32,241 bases of DNA from assembly GCA_046153645.1 (NCBI GenBank), contig JBJXGI010000049.1, positions 1-32,241 on the forward strand, read 5' to 3'. The position numbers and the translations under genes are program-made. The stretch is from Elusimicrobiota bacterium (lineage in GTDB: Bacteria > Elusimicrobiota > Elusimicrobia > F11). The notes beneath the pieces are model-generated. The model was not told the origin of the DNA, searched no databases, and worked only from the letters and a program-made list of their open reading frames with translations. Below, piece by piece: positions 7,046 through 17,191 of the stretch. Positions within the stretch are counted from its first letter, which is position 1; each line of letters begins with the position of its first letter.

Positions 7046-8562
7046 ATTCGCTCCAAATACAAATGACCCAGTTCCGCTAATTCAATGGTTCGTTTCATTC
7101 CAGCCGCTTTATTTTCTGTTTCTAAATATTCATGAGCCGGGTTTGAATCAGCCACAATGCCCGCCCCTGTTTGAATGGAAACTTTTCCTTTTTCCCATAA
7201 AATTGTTCGGATGGTAATAGCCATATCCATATTTCCAGAATAAGAAAAATACCCCAAACATCCAGCATAGGGACCGCGTTCCGTTGTTTCTAATTGATCA
7301 ATAATTTCCATGGCTCGAATTTTTGGAGCGCCACTCACCGTTCCCGCTGGAAAAACCGCCTTCAACAAATCAAAAGCGTCTTTATCTGACTTAATTTTCC
7401 CGGTTACTTCAGAAACGATATGCATCACGTGAGAGTATCTCTCAATTGTCATCAGTGTTGGCACTTTGACTGAACCATACTGACAAACACGACCCAAGTC
7501 GTTGCGACCCAAATCAACCAACATTAAATGTTCAGCGCGCTCTTTTGCATCTTTCATGAGCTCTTTTTCAAGACGAATATCATCTTGAACATTGACACCT
7601 CGACCACGGGTTCCAGCAATAGGGCGAGTCATTGCCACTCCCTCTTCTAACCTCACCAAAGCTTCTGGACTTGAACCGATAATGGCACGATCTTTCATTT
7701 TAACCAAATACATATAAGGAGAAGGGTTGACCACTCGAAGAGATCTGTAAATATCCAACGGAGAAGCCGAGGTTTCTTTTTCCAATCGTTTAGATAAAAC
7801 CAACTGAAAAATATCACCTTTTCCAATGTATTCTTTGGCCTTTTGGACACTCTTCATGAAATCCGGTCGACTGACATTAGATTTAAAATCTTTGGTCACC
7901 TTTTTCTTTTTAAGTTTTGAATGATGACGAAGTGCTATCAAAGATTTTTTTAAATCTTTTAATTTTTTGTTTAATTTTAAAATTGCGTCTTTATATTGTT
8001 TTTCAGGTTTTATTTTGGGATTGAGCCGCACACATGTCACCAATTTTAAAGTCTGTTGCATGTTGTCAAAAATATACATATCCCCATTAACAAAAACCTG
8101 CGCTTCAGGCCAGCCTAAATCATCGGGTTGAGTTCGCGGTAAATTCTCAATATGGTGAACTGTTTCATAAGAAAAATAACCAACCGCACCACCATAAAAC
8201 CGAGGAAGACCGGGGTAACTGACTGGTTTTACGCACCGCATATATTTGGAAAGGGTCTCTAGTGCAGGCGATTTAGAACGCATAAATACTTTTCCACCTA
8301 CGGTTTGGAATTGACTCATTCCATCTTTTTCAACCAATACCGCCTCCGGCTCAAAAGAAACAATAGAGTACCGCCCTAAGCGTTCTCCCCCTTCAACACT
8401 TTCGAGGAGAAAACAATAAGGAACCTTATCCCAATAAGCGGAAATCAAAGAAACAGGTGTGCAATGATCAGCCAATACATCAATCGAAACCGGGATGAGG
8501 TTCCCTTGTTTTGAATAGGCTTTAAATTCCGCTAGTGATGGCTTAACAGCTGTGTAATCCAT
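7042..8562 (-). CDS. trpE: Anthranilate synthase component I
   Basis: FLLES, GRYS, GDIFQLVLS, NPSPYM, PIAGTR, EHLMLVDLGRND, FPAGTVSGAPK. Confidence 0.88.
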   Translation of the reverse strand: MDYTAVKPSLAEFKAYSKQGNLIPVSIDVLADHCTPVSLISAYWDKVPYCFLLESVEGGERLGRYSIVSFEPEAVLVEKDGMSQFQTVGGKVFMRSKSPALETLSKYMRCVKPVSYPGLPRFYGGAVGYFSYETVHHIENLPRTQPDDLGWPEAQVFVNGDMYIFDNMQQTLKLVTCVRLNPKIKPEKQYKDAILKLNKKLKDLKKSLIALRHHSKLKKKKVTKDFKSNVSRPDFMKSVQKAKEYIGKGDIFQLVLSKRLEKETSASPLDIYRSLRVVNPSPYMYLVKMKDRAIIGSSPEALVRLEEGVAMTRPIAGTRGRGVNVQDDIRLEKELMKDAKERAEHLMLVDLGRNDLGRVCQYGSVKVPTLMTIERYSHVMHIVSEVTGKIKSDKDAFDLLKAVFPAGTVSGAPKIRAMEIIDQLETTERGPYAGCLGYFSYSGNMDMAITIRTILWEKGKVSIQTGAGIVADSNPAHEYLETENKAAGMKRTIELAELGHLYLERI

Positions 8563-8564
8563 TT

Positions 8565-8963
8565 TTATTTTTTGTAAACAGTCTCAGGGTCAAAAAGCGG
8601 TTTGGAAATTGTTTTCCAAGAACCATCTTCTTCTGCTTGTCGATAAAAACAGCTTCGGTGCCCAGTATGACAAGCAGCCCCGCCTATTTGTTCAATTTTG
8701 ACAATGAGCGCATCGGCATCACAATCTTTATAAATTGCTTTGACCACTTGAAAATTGCCAGACTCTTCGCCTTTTTTCCAAAATTTTTGGCGAGAACGGC
8801 TCCAATAAACAGCTTTCCCCGTATTTATTGTCATTTCAACAGAAGCTTTATTCATATAAGCCAACATGAGAATGGTGCCATCTTGAGCATCCTGCGCAAT
8901 AACAGGAATAAGACCGTGCCCGTCATATTTTAAATCTGATAAATCAAACTTTGTTGCATCCAT
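8565..8963 (-). CDS. hisI: Phosphoribosyl-AMP cyclohydrolase (monofunctional)
   Basis: [27 protein letters not shown]. Start ATG 8963 follows AAGGAG (the track uses 8996). Confidence 0.93.
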   Translation of the reverse strand: MDATKFDLSDLKYDGHGLIPVIAQDAQDGTILMLAYMNKASVEMTINTGKAVYWSRSRQKFWKKGEESGNFQVVKAIYKDCDADALIVKIEQIGGAACHTGHRSCFYRQAEEDGSWKTISKPLFDPETVYKK

Positions 8964-8980
8964 TGTAGTAACTCCTTTTT

Positions 8981-9736
8981 TTATTTCCTTACACAAATTT
9001 TTTGTTTTGATAAATATTTTTTTAAATCTTTTATTTCTAGCGTTTTAAAATGAAATAAAGAAGCGGCTAAAGCGGCACTGGCACCGGATGTAAAGGCATC
9101 GGAAAAATCTTTTTCTTTTCCAGCCCCTCCTGAGGCAATAACAGGGATTCGAACTGATTGGGAAATTTTTCGTGTAATTTCTAAATCGTATCCTTCCTTG
9201 GTTCCATCTGCGTCCATGCTGGTGAGTAAAATTTCTCCCGCCCCTCTTCGCTCAACTTCTTTCGCCCAAAGAACCGCATTTAGTTTTGTTGAAGTCCGTC
9301 CGCCATGAATAAACACTTCCCAAAAATTCGGTTTTGTTTTTTTCACATCAATGGCCACAACCACACACTGATTTCCAAAACGTTTTGAGGCTTTATTTAT
9401 CAAATCTGGCGTTTTAACAGCAGAGGTATTTATTGAAACTTTATCAGCCCCCGCTGAGAGAAGCACCCTAAAATCTTCTTCAGTTCGAACTCCACCGCCA
9501 ACAGTAAGAGGAATAAAAACTTGTTCAGCTGTTTTAGAAACAACATCCAACAAAATAGGTCTCGCATCGGAGCTGGCTGTAATGTCAAGAAACACCAACT
9601 CATCGGCCCCTTCGCGGTTATAACGTTTGGCGACTTCGACCGGATCTCCGGCATCTCGCAAATTTAAAAATTTGGTCCCTTTAACCACACGGCCTTTATC
9701 GACATCCAAACAAGGAATAATTCTTTTCGCTAACAT
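8981..9736 (-). CDS. hisF: Imidazole glycerol phosphate synthase cyclase subunit
   Basis: [46 protein letters not shown]. Confidence 0.97.
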   Translation of the reverse strand: MLAKRIIPCLDVDKGRVVKGTKFLNLRDAGDPVEVAKRYNREGADELVFLDITASSDARPILLDVVSKTAEQVFIPLTVGGGVRTEEDFRVLLSAGADKVSINTSAVKTPDLINKASKRFGNQCVVVAIDVKKTKPNFWEVFIHGGRTSTKLNAVLWAKEVERRGAGEILLTSMDADGTKEGYDLEITRKISQSVRIPVIASGGAGKEKDFSDAFTSGASAALAASLFHFKTLEIKDLKKYLSKQKICVRK

Positions 9737-9758
9737 AATTCTATTTTTTTCAACTTCA

Positions 9759-10478
9759 TTATTTCGCTTCCGCTTTTAAAATCGCTTGAGCTAAATCTAA
9801 CTTCCCTTCATAAAGTGCCTTTCCCACAACACAAGCGGGGCAATTAATTGTTAGCAATTTTTCGATATCACTCATTTCCGCCACCCCACCAGAAGCAACC
9901 ACTTTCATCCGGGTTTGTCTCATCACCTGTTGGATAGCAGGCAAATTCACTCCCTCTAAAGTGCCATCTCGAGAAATATCAGTAAAAATAATTTCTTGAC
10001 CCCCCAATTTTTCAACGGTGCCAAGGGCTTCAACCAGCGGAATTCCAGAAGCGTCTTTCCAACCATGCACAGCAACCCGGTCTTTTTTGACATCAAGCCC
10101 AACAATAATTTTTCCGGAAAATTTTTTCATGGCTTTTTGAACCACGCTCTTATGATCAACAACCGCAGATCCAAGAATAACACGATCGATTCCTTTCGAT
10201 AAAACAAGTTCAATGGTTTCCATGGTGCGCAGGCCACCGCCCATTTGAATTTGGACTCCGGTTTCGTTTTTTATTTTAACCACCCAATCTAAATTTTGAG
10301 GCACTCCCGTAAATGCGCCATCTAAATCAATCACATGTAAACGTTTGGCTCCTTGAGCCACCCATTTTTTGGCCATTTCAACTGGATCGTTAGAGTAAAT
10401 CGTTTCTTGTGCCACTTCTCCATGGCGAAGGCGAACACACTTACCTTGTCTTAAATCAATAGCTGGAATAATAAGCAT
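9759..10478 (-). CDS. hisA: ProFAR isomerase
   Basis: [33 protein letters not shown]. Confidence 0.96.
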   Translation of the reverse strand: MLIIPAIDLRQGKCVRLRHGEVAQETIYSNDPVEMAKKWVAQGAKRLHVIDLDGAFTGVPQNLDWVVKIKNETGVQIQMGGGLRTMETIELVLSKGIDRVILGSAVVDHKSVVQKAMKKFSGKIIVGLDVKKDRVAVHGWKDASGIPLVEALGTVEKLGGQEIIFTDISRDGTLEGVNLPAIQQVMRQTRMKVVASGGVAEMSDIEKLLTINCPACVVGKALYEGKLDLAQAILKAEAK

Positions 10479-10480
10479 AA

Positions 10481-11128
10481 CTAGACCTTTTTGACTTCAG
10501 TTAAAATATTTTTTAAAAGTTTGAGTCCAACTTCCCCACTTTTTTCTGGGTGAAACTGTGTCGCAAATATATTTTTATCTGAAACAGCGGAACAAAAAGA
10601 GGCGCCGTATTCAGTTGTAGCTCCTATCACACTTTTATTTTTAGGATTGGCGAAATAAGAGTGCACAAAATAAAACCGCGCGTGCGCTGGTATTTCTTTA
10701 AAATATTTTTTGGCTTGAGTTTGAGCTGGAATCACCTCATTCCAACCCATGTGCGGAATTTGTAATTGTTTTTTTTGAGAACCAGAAAAATGAAATTTAT
10801 CAATGGACCCGGCCAGCACACCCAAACCCTTCACATTTTTTCCTTCGGCGCTTTTTTCAAATAATAACTGTAACCCCAAACAAATTCCTAAATACTTTTT
10901 TCCTTTTGAAATCCAATCGCGCACAAAATCATCAAGTTTATTTTTAGCTAAAGCAACCATCGCAGGTTCGAAAGAACCAACGCCCGGAAGGACAAGTAAA
11001 TCAGATAAAGTAAGTTTTTCACGTGACGATGAAACCACTACATTTGCCCCCTGCAAAGACAGCGCCTTCGCGACACTATGAAGGTTTCCCGTCCCATAAT
11101 CGATGACACCGACTTGTATTTTTTTCAA
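10481..11128 (-). CDS. hisH: Imidazole glycerol phosphate synthase glutaminase subunit
   Basis: DYGTGNL, LPGVG, GICLGLQ, IPHMGWN, YFVHSY, QFHPEKS. Confidence 0.96.
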   Translation of the reverse strand: MKKIQVGVIDYGTGNLHSVAKALSLQGANVVVSSSREKLTLSDLLVLPGVGSFEPAMVALAKNKLDDFVRDWISKGKKYLGICLGLQLLFEKSAEGKNVKGLGVLAGSIDKFHFSGSQKKQLQIPHMGWNEVIPAQTQAKKYFKEIPAHARFYFVHSYFANPKNKSVIGATTEYGASFCSAVSDKNIFATQFHPEKSGEVGLKLLKNILTEVKKV

Positions 11129-11715
11129 AGAGATCCTTTTGTTGAGGGCATTCCTTTGTAACGTGTATCTTTGGCAATCGCCATCGAAAGCGCTTTTCCA
11201 AATGCTTTAAATATTGATTCGGCCATATGATGATTATTTCTTCCACGAATAAGTTTAATGTGTAAATTCATTCGGGCCACAGTTCCCAACGCTCTAAAAA
11301 AGTCTTCCAAGAGATCTAAATCGAAGGTGGGCCACCCCATTTTAAAACAAGGAACTTCGTATTCCACCCAAGGGCGCCCTGATAAATCAATCGCGATATA
11401 GGAAAGAGCTTCGTCCATAGGAAGCAAAAAGAAACCATAACGTTGAATTCCTTTTTTATCTCCCAATGCTTTTTCTAAGGTGCCTCCCAAAGTAAGCCCA
11501 ATATCTTCCACTAAATGATGCGCGTCGATATGAGTATCTCCCTTGGCGTTGATATTCAAATCAATAAGGCTATGTTTTGAAAACAATTCCAACATATGAT
11601 CGAGAAATGGAATTGTCGTTGAGACTTTATATTTTCCCTGACCATCTATATTAACCGACACGTTGACATCAGTTTCTTTTGTTATTCGGTGCCAAGTGGC
11701 TGTTCTTTTTTTCAT
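11125..11715 (-). CDS. hisB: Imidazoleglycerol-phosphate dehydratase
   Basis: RITKET, FLDHML, IDAHHLVED, PMDEAL, NNHHMAES.FKA, PSTKGSL. Confidence 0.96.
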   Translation of the reverse strand: MKKRTATWHRITKETDVNVSVNIDGQGKYKVSTTIPFLDHMLELFSKHSLIDLNINAKGDTHIDAHHLVEDIGLTLGGTLEKALGDKKGIQRYGFFLLPMDEALSYIAIDLSGRPWVEYEVPCFKMGWPTFDLDLLEDFFRALGTVARMNLHIKLIRGRNNHHMAESIFKAFGKALSMAIAKDTRYKGMPSTKGSL

Positions 11716-11721
11716 ACGTAG

Positions 11722-12906
11722 TTAAACCCTTACCTTTAAGGCTTTCGCGTGTTGGATGAGCCCTTCACGTTCGGCCATTTTGTGTGCAGCGGAAAATCCT
11801 TTCATAAATGCGGCTTTGGAAATATCAACAAAACTCGATCTTTTAAAAAACGTCATCACAGAAAGACCTGAGGCAAACCGAGCAGAACGCCCTGTGGGCA
11901 ACACATGACTGGGGCCCGCCCAATAATCGCCCATGACTGCCGGAGACCAAGGACTTAAGAAAAAAGTCCCCCCATTTTTTAATTTCTTAAAGATTTGTTT
12001 ACTGTTTTTCATCAGTATTTCCACATGTTCACCGGCATAAGCATCCGTTAATTGGATGGCTTTATTAACAAGGGGTTCATAAATAAATTGGCATTGATTC
12101 AATAAATTTTTTGGGAGAAAATTTTTAACCTTTTGGATGAGCGCTGAGTCTAAAGAGATAAGAACTCCTGTTGAATCAGGGTCATGCTCCGCTTGCGCGG
12201 CCAAATCAGCGGCAACATAAGAGGGATCTGCAAACTTATCAGCTAATACCACCAATTCACTTGGACCCGCTAAAAGATCAATTCCCACTTCACCAAAAAG
12301 TTGACGTTTGGCTTCAGTCACATAAGCATTTCCAGGTCCTAAGATAAGGTCTACTTTAGGAATGGTTTTTGTCCCGATCGCTAAAGCACTAACAGCGGCA
12401 GGGCCGCCCACCTGGTAAACGGCATCAACACCTGCCATTTGAGCCGCACCTAAAATTTCAGCTGATAATTTTCCTGGCGGAGTCACAATAATGATTTTTT
12501 TAACACCCGCCACCTTGGCAGGAATCGCCGTCATAAGAACAGTAGAAGGATATGAAAACCGCCCTCCGGGGACATAAATGCCGACTGATTCAATAGGCCT
12601 GTAAGATTGCCCTAACCCAACCCCCTGTTTTGTGACACTCCAGCTCTTAGGAATTCTTTTTTTTTCTTCTAAATGAAAGGCTTTGATTCGATTGGCACAA
12701 ACTTTTATTGCATTCAATACCTTAGGGTCAAGTTTTTTTAAACTTTTTTTTATTTCATTGTTTGACACTTTGAATTGTGACGGAGTTAACTGAAGATTGT
12801 CGAACTTCGCAGTAAAACCAACAAGCGCTTTATCTCCAGTTAATCTAATCTGAGAAATAATATGTTGAACATTTTTCTGAATTTTAAAATTTTCTTTTAA
12901 GCTCAT
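11722..12906 (-). CDS. hisD: Histidinol dehydrogenase
   Basis: GIYVPGG, YPSTVLM, GPGNAYV, AGPSE, QAEHD, GDYWAGPSHVLPT. Probable start ATG 12906, just after the murA stop (the track uses 12942). Confidence 0.93.
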   Translation of the reverse strand: MSLKENFKIQKNVQHIISQIRLTGDKALVGFTAKFDNLQLTPSQFKVSNNEIKKSLKKLDPKVLNAIKVCANRIKAFHLEEKKRIPKSWSVTKQGVGLGQSYRPIESVGIYVPGGRFSYPSTVLMTAIPAKVAGVKKIIIVTPPGKLSAEILGAAQMAGVDAVYQVGGPAAVSALAIGTKTIPKVDLILGPGNAYVTEAKRQLFGEVGIDLLAGPSELVVLADKFADPSYVAADLAAQAEHDPDSTGVLISLDSALIQKVKNFLPKNLLNQCQFIYEPLVNKAIQLTDAYAGEHVEILMKNSKQIFKKLKNGGTFFLSPWSPAVMGDYWAGPSHVLPTGRSARFASGLSVMTFFKRSSFVDISKAAFMKGFSAAHKMAEREGLIQHAKALKVRV

Positions 12907-12907
12907 T

Positions 12908-14164
12908 TTATTTTGGATTAATTCGTCTGATCTTTGCTCCAAGCTTTTTTAATTTTTGTTCCATTTTTTGATATCCACGGTCCAAATGGTAAACCCGAAG
13001 AACGGTTGTTTTTCCTTTGGCGGCAAGGCCTGCTAAAACAAGCGCGGCCCCCGCTCTTAAATCAGAAACCATAACGGAGCAACCGGACAAATGAGAAACT
13101 CCGGTAACACGCGCGTCTCGCCCACTCAATTGAATATCAGATCCAAACCGGAGTAATTCTTGAACGTGTAAAAACCGATTTTCAAAAACAGTTTCTTTCA
13201 CTTGACTATGCCCCTTCGTCATACTCATGAGCGTAATCCATTGGGCTTGCATATCAGTTGGAAAACCTGGATAAACATCAGTTTCTATATTAATAGGTTT
13301 TAATTTTTTAACCCATTTAACTTGGACATCTGTTCCGTTTTCATTAATCAAAAGCCCAGCTGCTCGAAGTGGCCCTACCACACTGCTTAAATGAAGGTAA
13401 TTGACATTTCTAAGAGTAATATCACCTTTAGTAATGGCCGCGGCAATAAGAAATGTGCCTGCTTCAATCCGATCTGGAATAATCGTGTGGGTAACACCGT
13501 TTAATTTAGAAATACCATCAATAATAATTTCTGAGGTCTCAAGTCCTTTTATTTTGGCGCCCATTTTTTCTAGCATTCGTCCCAAATCTGTGATTTCAGG
13601 TTCACGCGCCGCATTTTGGAGAATCGTTTTCCCTTTTGCCAAAACGGCTCCCATCATTAAATTTTCAGTTGCCCCAACGCTCGGATAGGGTAAAGGAATA
13701 AGTGCTCCTTTTAGCCCAGTGGTTTTAGAATCAACATATCCTTCATTAATTGAAATTTGTACACCCATTCGAGAAAAACCGTCTAAGTGATAATTGACGG
13801 GGCGGGCGCCAATTGCGCATCCTCCCGGCAAACTGACGGTCGCTTTTTTTTGACGCGCCAAGAGAGGTCCCATGACAAGAACGCTGGCTCTCATTCTTCG
13901 AACCAATTCATAAGGGGCTTTACCGGTCAGTGATTTTCCTTTAGCCACTGCAACTGAATTTCCTCTTCTTTCAACTTTTTTCCCTAGAGTCACTAAGAGT
14001 TTTATGGCCGTATCGATATCAGCGAGTTCGGGAACATTAAGCAGAACACAAGGCTCATCCGTCAGAAGTGTGGCGAACAAACAAGGAAGAGCCGCATTCT
14101 TTGATCCAGAGATAACAACCTCTCCTTTTAATTTGGGTCCACCAATAATTTCAAATTGATCCAC
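12908..14164 (-). CDS. murA: UDP-N-acetylglucosamine 1-carboxyvinyltransferase
   Basis: SGSKNAALP, LPGGCAIGARP (Cys form), SVGATEN, PDRIEAGT, PGFPTDMQ, DLRAGA, HLDRGY. Confidence 0.97.
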   Translation of the reverse strand: MDQFEIIGGPKLKGEVVISGSKNAALPCLFATLLTDEPCVLLNVPELADIDTAIKLLVTLGKKVERRGNSVAVAKGKSLTGKAPYELVRRMRASVLVMGPLLARQKKATVSLPGGCAIGARPVNYHLDGFSRMGVQISINEGYVDSKTTGLKGALIPLPYPSVGATENLMMGAVLAKGKTILQNAAREPEITDLGRMLEKMGAKIKGLETSEIIIDGISKLNGVTHTIIPDRIEAGTFLIAAAITKGDITLRNVNYLHLSSVVGPLRAAGLLINENGTDVQVKWVKKLKPINIETDVYPGFPTDMQAQWITLMSMTKGHSQVKETVFENRFLHVQELLRFGSDIQLSGRDARVTGVSHLSGCSVMVSDLRAGAALVLAGLAAKGKTTVLRVYHLDRGYQKMEQKLKKLGAKIRRINPK

Positions 14165-15044
14165 GATTTTCTCCTATGGCAATGCGATCTAAGCCATTTA
14201 AATCTTTTAAAATCTCCACGTTAAAAAAACCCTCATCTAACATTTTTTGCCGGGCCCAATCACCCTGATCAAACCCAATTTCGAGCATGAGTATTCCATC
14301 AGAACGTAAATATAATTGAGACTCTTCAATGATTCCCTTTATTATTTCCGTTCCACTTTCTCCACCTTCTAAAGCCAATCGTGGCTCAAAAAAAAGGTCC
14401 TCAGCCAAATGAGGAATATCAGCAGTAGAAACATAGGGAGGATTCGAAACAATGATATCAAAATACCCCTTCTTATCTGGTCCTATCGAAGAGAATAAAT
14501 TGGTCTGAATAAAAACCGCGGAGTCTACCTTCAATTGAGCGGCGTTTTCTCGAGCTATCTTCAAGGCCGCAGGAGATATATCAGCCAATACAATTTCTGA
14601 TAATTCAAATATTTTTCCAAGGCTTAAACCCACACAGCCAGAACCTGTTCCCAAATCAAGAATCCGAGGATGAGTCCATTTTCTTTTTTTAATCCATTTT
14701 TCGGATTGTTCTACTAGCATTTCCGTTTCTGGTCGAGGAATTAAGACATCCGTATTAACTTTAAAATTACGCCCCATGAACTCCCATTCTCCAAGAATAT
14801 AAGCCACAGGCTCATGACGCGCGCGCCTGGCAAGACACTCCTCATATTTCAAAACAAGATCACGAGCTAAAATTTGATCTCTCATCACATGAATTTTAGT
14901 AACAGAAGTCTTTAATAAGTCAGATAAAAAGAATCGGCAGTCAACGCCTGAATGTAATACTCCATATTTTCCTAAATAATGAGTCCCCCATTCGAGAGCA
15001 TCACCTATTGTTAAAACTTCTTTTTCTCGACTTAAACTAATCAT
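14151..15044 (-). CDS. prmC: Release factor glutamine methyltransferase
   Basis: EPVAYILG, VLIPRPETE, LDLGTGSG, SNPPY; adjacent to prfA. Confidence 0.95.
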   Translation of the reverse strand: MISLSREKEVLTIGDALEWGTHYLGKYGVLHSGVDCRFFLSDLLKTSVTKIHVMRDQILARDLVLKYEECLARRARHEPVAYILGEWEFMGRNFKVNTDVLIPRPETEMLVEQSEKWIKKRKWTHPRILDLGTGSGCVGLSLGKIFELSEIVLADISPAALKIARENAAQLKVDSAVFIQTNLFSSIGPDKKGYFDIIVSNPPYVSTADIPHLAEDLFFEPRLALEGGESGTEIIKGIIEESQLYLRSDGILMLEIGFDQGDWARQKMLDEGFFNVEILKDLNGLDRIAIGENRGSI

Positions 15045-16108
15045 GATGAAATGTCAGCCTTTCTTAATTCCGCTTCTTTTTTTTCTAACTCTTGGATCAT
15101 GGAATCCAAATCACCGGCAATAAATCGGTCCACACCGAAGACAGAAAAATTAATTCTATGATCAGTAATTCGATCCTGAGGGAAATTATAAGTTCTAATT
15201 TTTTCGGACCGATCACCAGAGCCAATTTGTTTACGTCTTAAATCTCGACGCTCTTTTTCTTGTTTTTCTAATTCAAATTCTTGAAGTTTTGACCTTAACA
15301 CATTCATGGCTCTTAATTTGTTCTGCCCCTGACTGCGTTCTTCCTGACAAGCGACAACCAATCCAGAGGGTATATGCGTAATTCGAATTGCAGATTCGGT
15401 TTTATTCACATGCTGCCCGCCTGCTCCCGAGGAACGATACGTATCTATTTTCAGATCTTTTGGATCAATTTTAACGTCATCAATTTCAGTGGCTTCGGGT
15501 AAAACAGCCACAGTCACTGTCGAAGTATGAATTCTTCCTTGGGCTTCTGTTTTAGGAACCCGTTGAACCCGGTGAACTCCCTGTTCAAAACGAAACCAAC
15601 CATATGAGTACGGACCTGAAACGCCAAAAATAACTTCTTTTAATCCCCCCACACCACTATCACTCATGGAATAAACATTCACATCAAGATTTTTAGACTG
15701 AGCAAAACGCGTGTACATTCGAAGAAGGTCGCCAGCAAACAATCCAGCCTCGTCACCGCCAGCACCAGCCCGAATTTCAATAATGGCGTTGCGCTCTGCC
15801 ATCGGATCAGGAGGATTTAATAGTTTCACTAATTTAATTTCCACTTCCTTAAGACTGGGCTCAATTTCTTTAATTTCTAAAAGAGCCAGTTCGACCATCG
15901 AATCATCTTTTCCTTCTTTGATGATTTCCTGCGCCTGTTCATAATTTTCATTTAATTTAAGCCAGGTTTCCGATAATTGAATAATGGGTTCGAGTCGCTT
16001 TCTTTCTCGAGAAAGTTGGGTCATTTGAGTGGCATCAGAGGCCCTCTCGGCCATTTTGCGTTCAAGCGCCTTAAATTCTTCAATTACAGAGTGGGCTTTT
16101 TCTTTCAT
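15041..16108 (-). CDS. prfA: Peptide chain release factor 1
   Basis: EIRAGAGGDEA, HRVQRVPKTE (PxT recognition motif), GAGGQHVN, RSEKIRTYNFPQ. Confidence 0.97.
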   Translation of the reverse strand: MKEKAHSVIEEFKALERKMAERASDATQMTQLSRERKRLEPIIQLSETWLKLNENYEQAQEIIKEGKDDSMVELALLEIKEIEPSLKEVEIKLVKLLNPPDPMAERNAIIEIRAGAGGDEAGLFAGDLLRMYTRFAQSKNLDVNVYSMSDSGVGGLKEVIFGVSGPYSYGWFRFEQGVHRVQRVPKTEAQGRIHTSTVTVAVLPEATEIDDVKIDPKDLKIDTYRSSGAGGQHVNKTESAIRITHIPSGLVVACQEERSQGQNKLRAMNVLRSKLQEFELEKQEKERRDLRRKQIGSGDRSEKIRTYNFPQDRITDHRINFSVFGVDRFIAGDLDSMIQELEKKEAELRKADISS

Positions 16109-16143
16109 ATATTAGATTGGATTAAAAAGTTCATAGAAATAGA

Positions 16144-16180
16144 CAATAACCCAAAAGGAATGAATCCTTTCGGGTTATTG
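16144..16180 (-). terminator. Intrinsic terminator-like hairpin downstream of rpmE
   Basis: Minus strand caataacccgaaagga-ttcat-tccttttgggttattg followed by tctatttct. Confidence 0.65.
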
Positions 16181-16193
16181 AGCTTAAATAGTT

Positions 16194-16514
16194 CTAATGA
16201 GCTTCTTTCTTCTTTTTAGAAGTTGGAGTTGAGGTAAGAACTTTGGCTTTTGGAGTTTTAATAACTCGAGATATTTTTTTCTGAACTTGCTTTTCTCGAA
16301 CAACTGTTTTACCTTCAGTTTTGGCAAAACGTTTACCGAATTTTTCAACACGTCCGGTAGAGTCTAGAAGCCTTTGTTGTCCGGTAAAAAAAGGATGACA
16401 AGAAGAACAAATATCAGTTTTTATTGTTTGCACTGTCGAGCGCGTTTGGAATTCAACTCCGCAAGCACATCGAACAGTTGCAAGTTCATATTTTGGGTGA
16501 ATGTCTGTTTTCAT
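16194..16514 (-). CDS. rpmE: 50S ribosomal protein L31 (Zn-binding type) with a basic C-terminal extension
   Basis: [31 protein letters not shown], then a ~35-aa Lys-rich tail. Confidence 0.96.
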   Translation of the reverse strand: MKTDIHPKYELATVRCACGVEFQTRSTVQTIKTDICSSCHPFFTGQQRLLDSTGRVEKFGKRFAKTEGKTVVREKQVQKKISRVIKTPKAKVLTSTPTSKKKKEAH

Positions 16515-16520
16515 GGGACG

Positions 16521-16550
16521 GTTTTATACCATTTCCGCAGAAAAAAGCAA
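16521..16550 (-). promoter_or_regulatory. Putative promoter of rpmE (extended -10), likely leaderless
   Basis: Minus strand TTGCTT-16-TATAAA with TG at the extended position, 8 nt before the ATG. No Shine-Dalgarno. Confidence 0.55.
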
Positions 16551-16697
16551 ATATTTTTTTACAAAAATGGCGCAAAAAAATAAACAAGCCAAAGAGGTGT
16601 TCAAAATCGACATGTTTTTTAACACCATTTCTTTTATTCGACGGAATTTAATCGAAACTTAAAAGAATTTACCGTGTCAATCTGTGATAATATGGGC

Positions 16698-17075
16698 ATG
16701 AAAAAGATGATTACTTTTATATTGGGACTCATTCTTCTTTTAAGCCCCTTGACCTTATTCTCAACTGAAGAGAATCAACCAGATGAGATGCCTCCTATTT
16801 ATGGAGGTAAAACATATGAGCCCAAAAAAACAATTGAATTCCCTAAAATAGCAAAGAGCTCTTCGGAAAAGCTTTCAACAACAGGCCTAGAAGAATCTAA
16901 TGAATTTTCAAAGACCAAACTACGTTCTAAAATAGAGGAAGTTGTTGATGGTGCCTTAATAATGAAACTCAATATACCTCAAACCCTGACCCTGAATACA
17001 TCCCCATGGCCCTTGGAAATAGAGAGACACCTTCTTCCACCGGTTAAAAACCACACACTTGAATCAAATAAATAA
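16698..17075 (+). CDS. Hypothetical secreted protein
   Basis: MKKMITFILGLILLLSPLTLFS looks like a signal peptide; no recognisable domain. The track start is 16674. Confidence 0.6.
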   Translation: MKKMITFILGLILLLSPLTLFSTEENQPDEMPPIYGGKTYEPKKTIEFPKIAKSSSEKLSTTGLEESNEFSKTKLRSKIEEVVDGALIMKLNIPQTLTLNTSPWPLEIERHLLPPVKNHTLESNK

Positions 17076-17191
17076 ACTAAAACCAAAAATTTTCCTTTCA
17101 AAAAAATGAAAATAAGATAGAATAAGGACCTCAAATTTCGATCCCTACCGTCGGAAAAACAATAAATCGCTGTCTATATTAAGGAGTTTTT

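Noticed and set aside
6631..16651. Small overlapping ORFs inside the housekeeping operon
   Set aside because: They overlap well-supported genes in other frames or strands and have no coding signatures.
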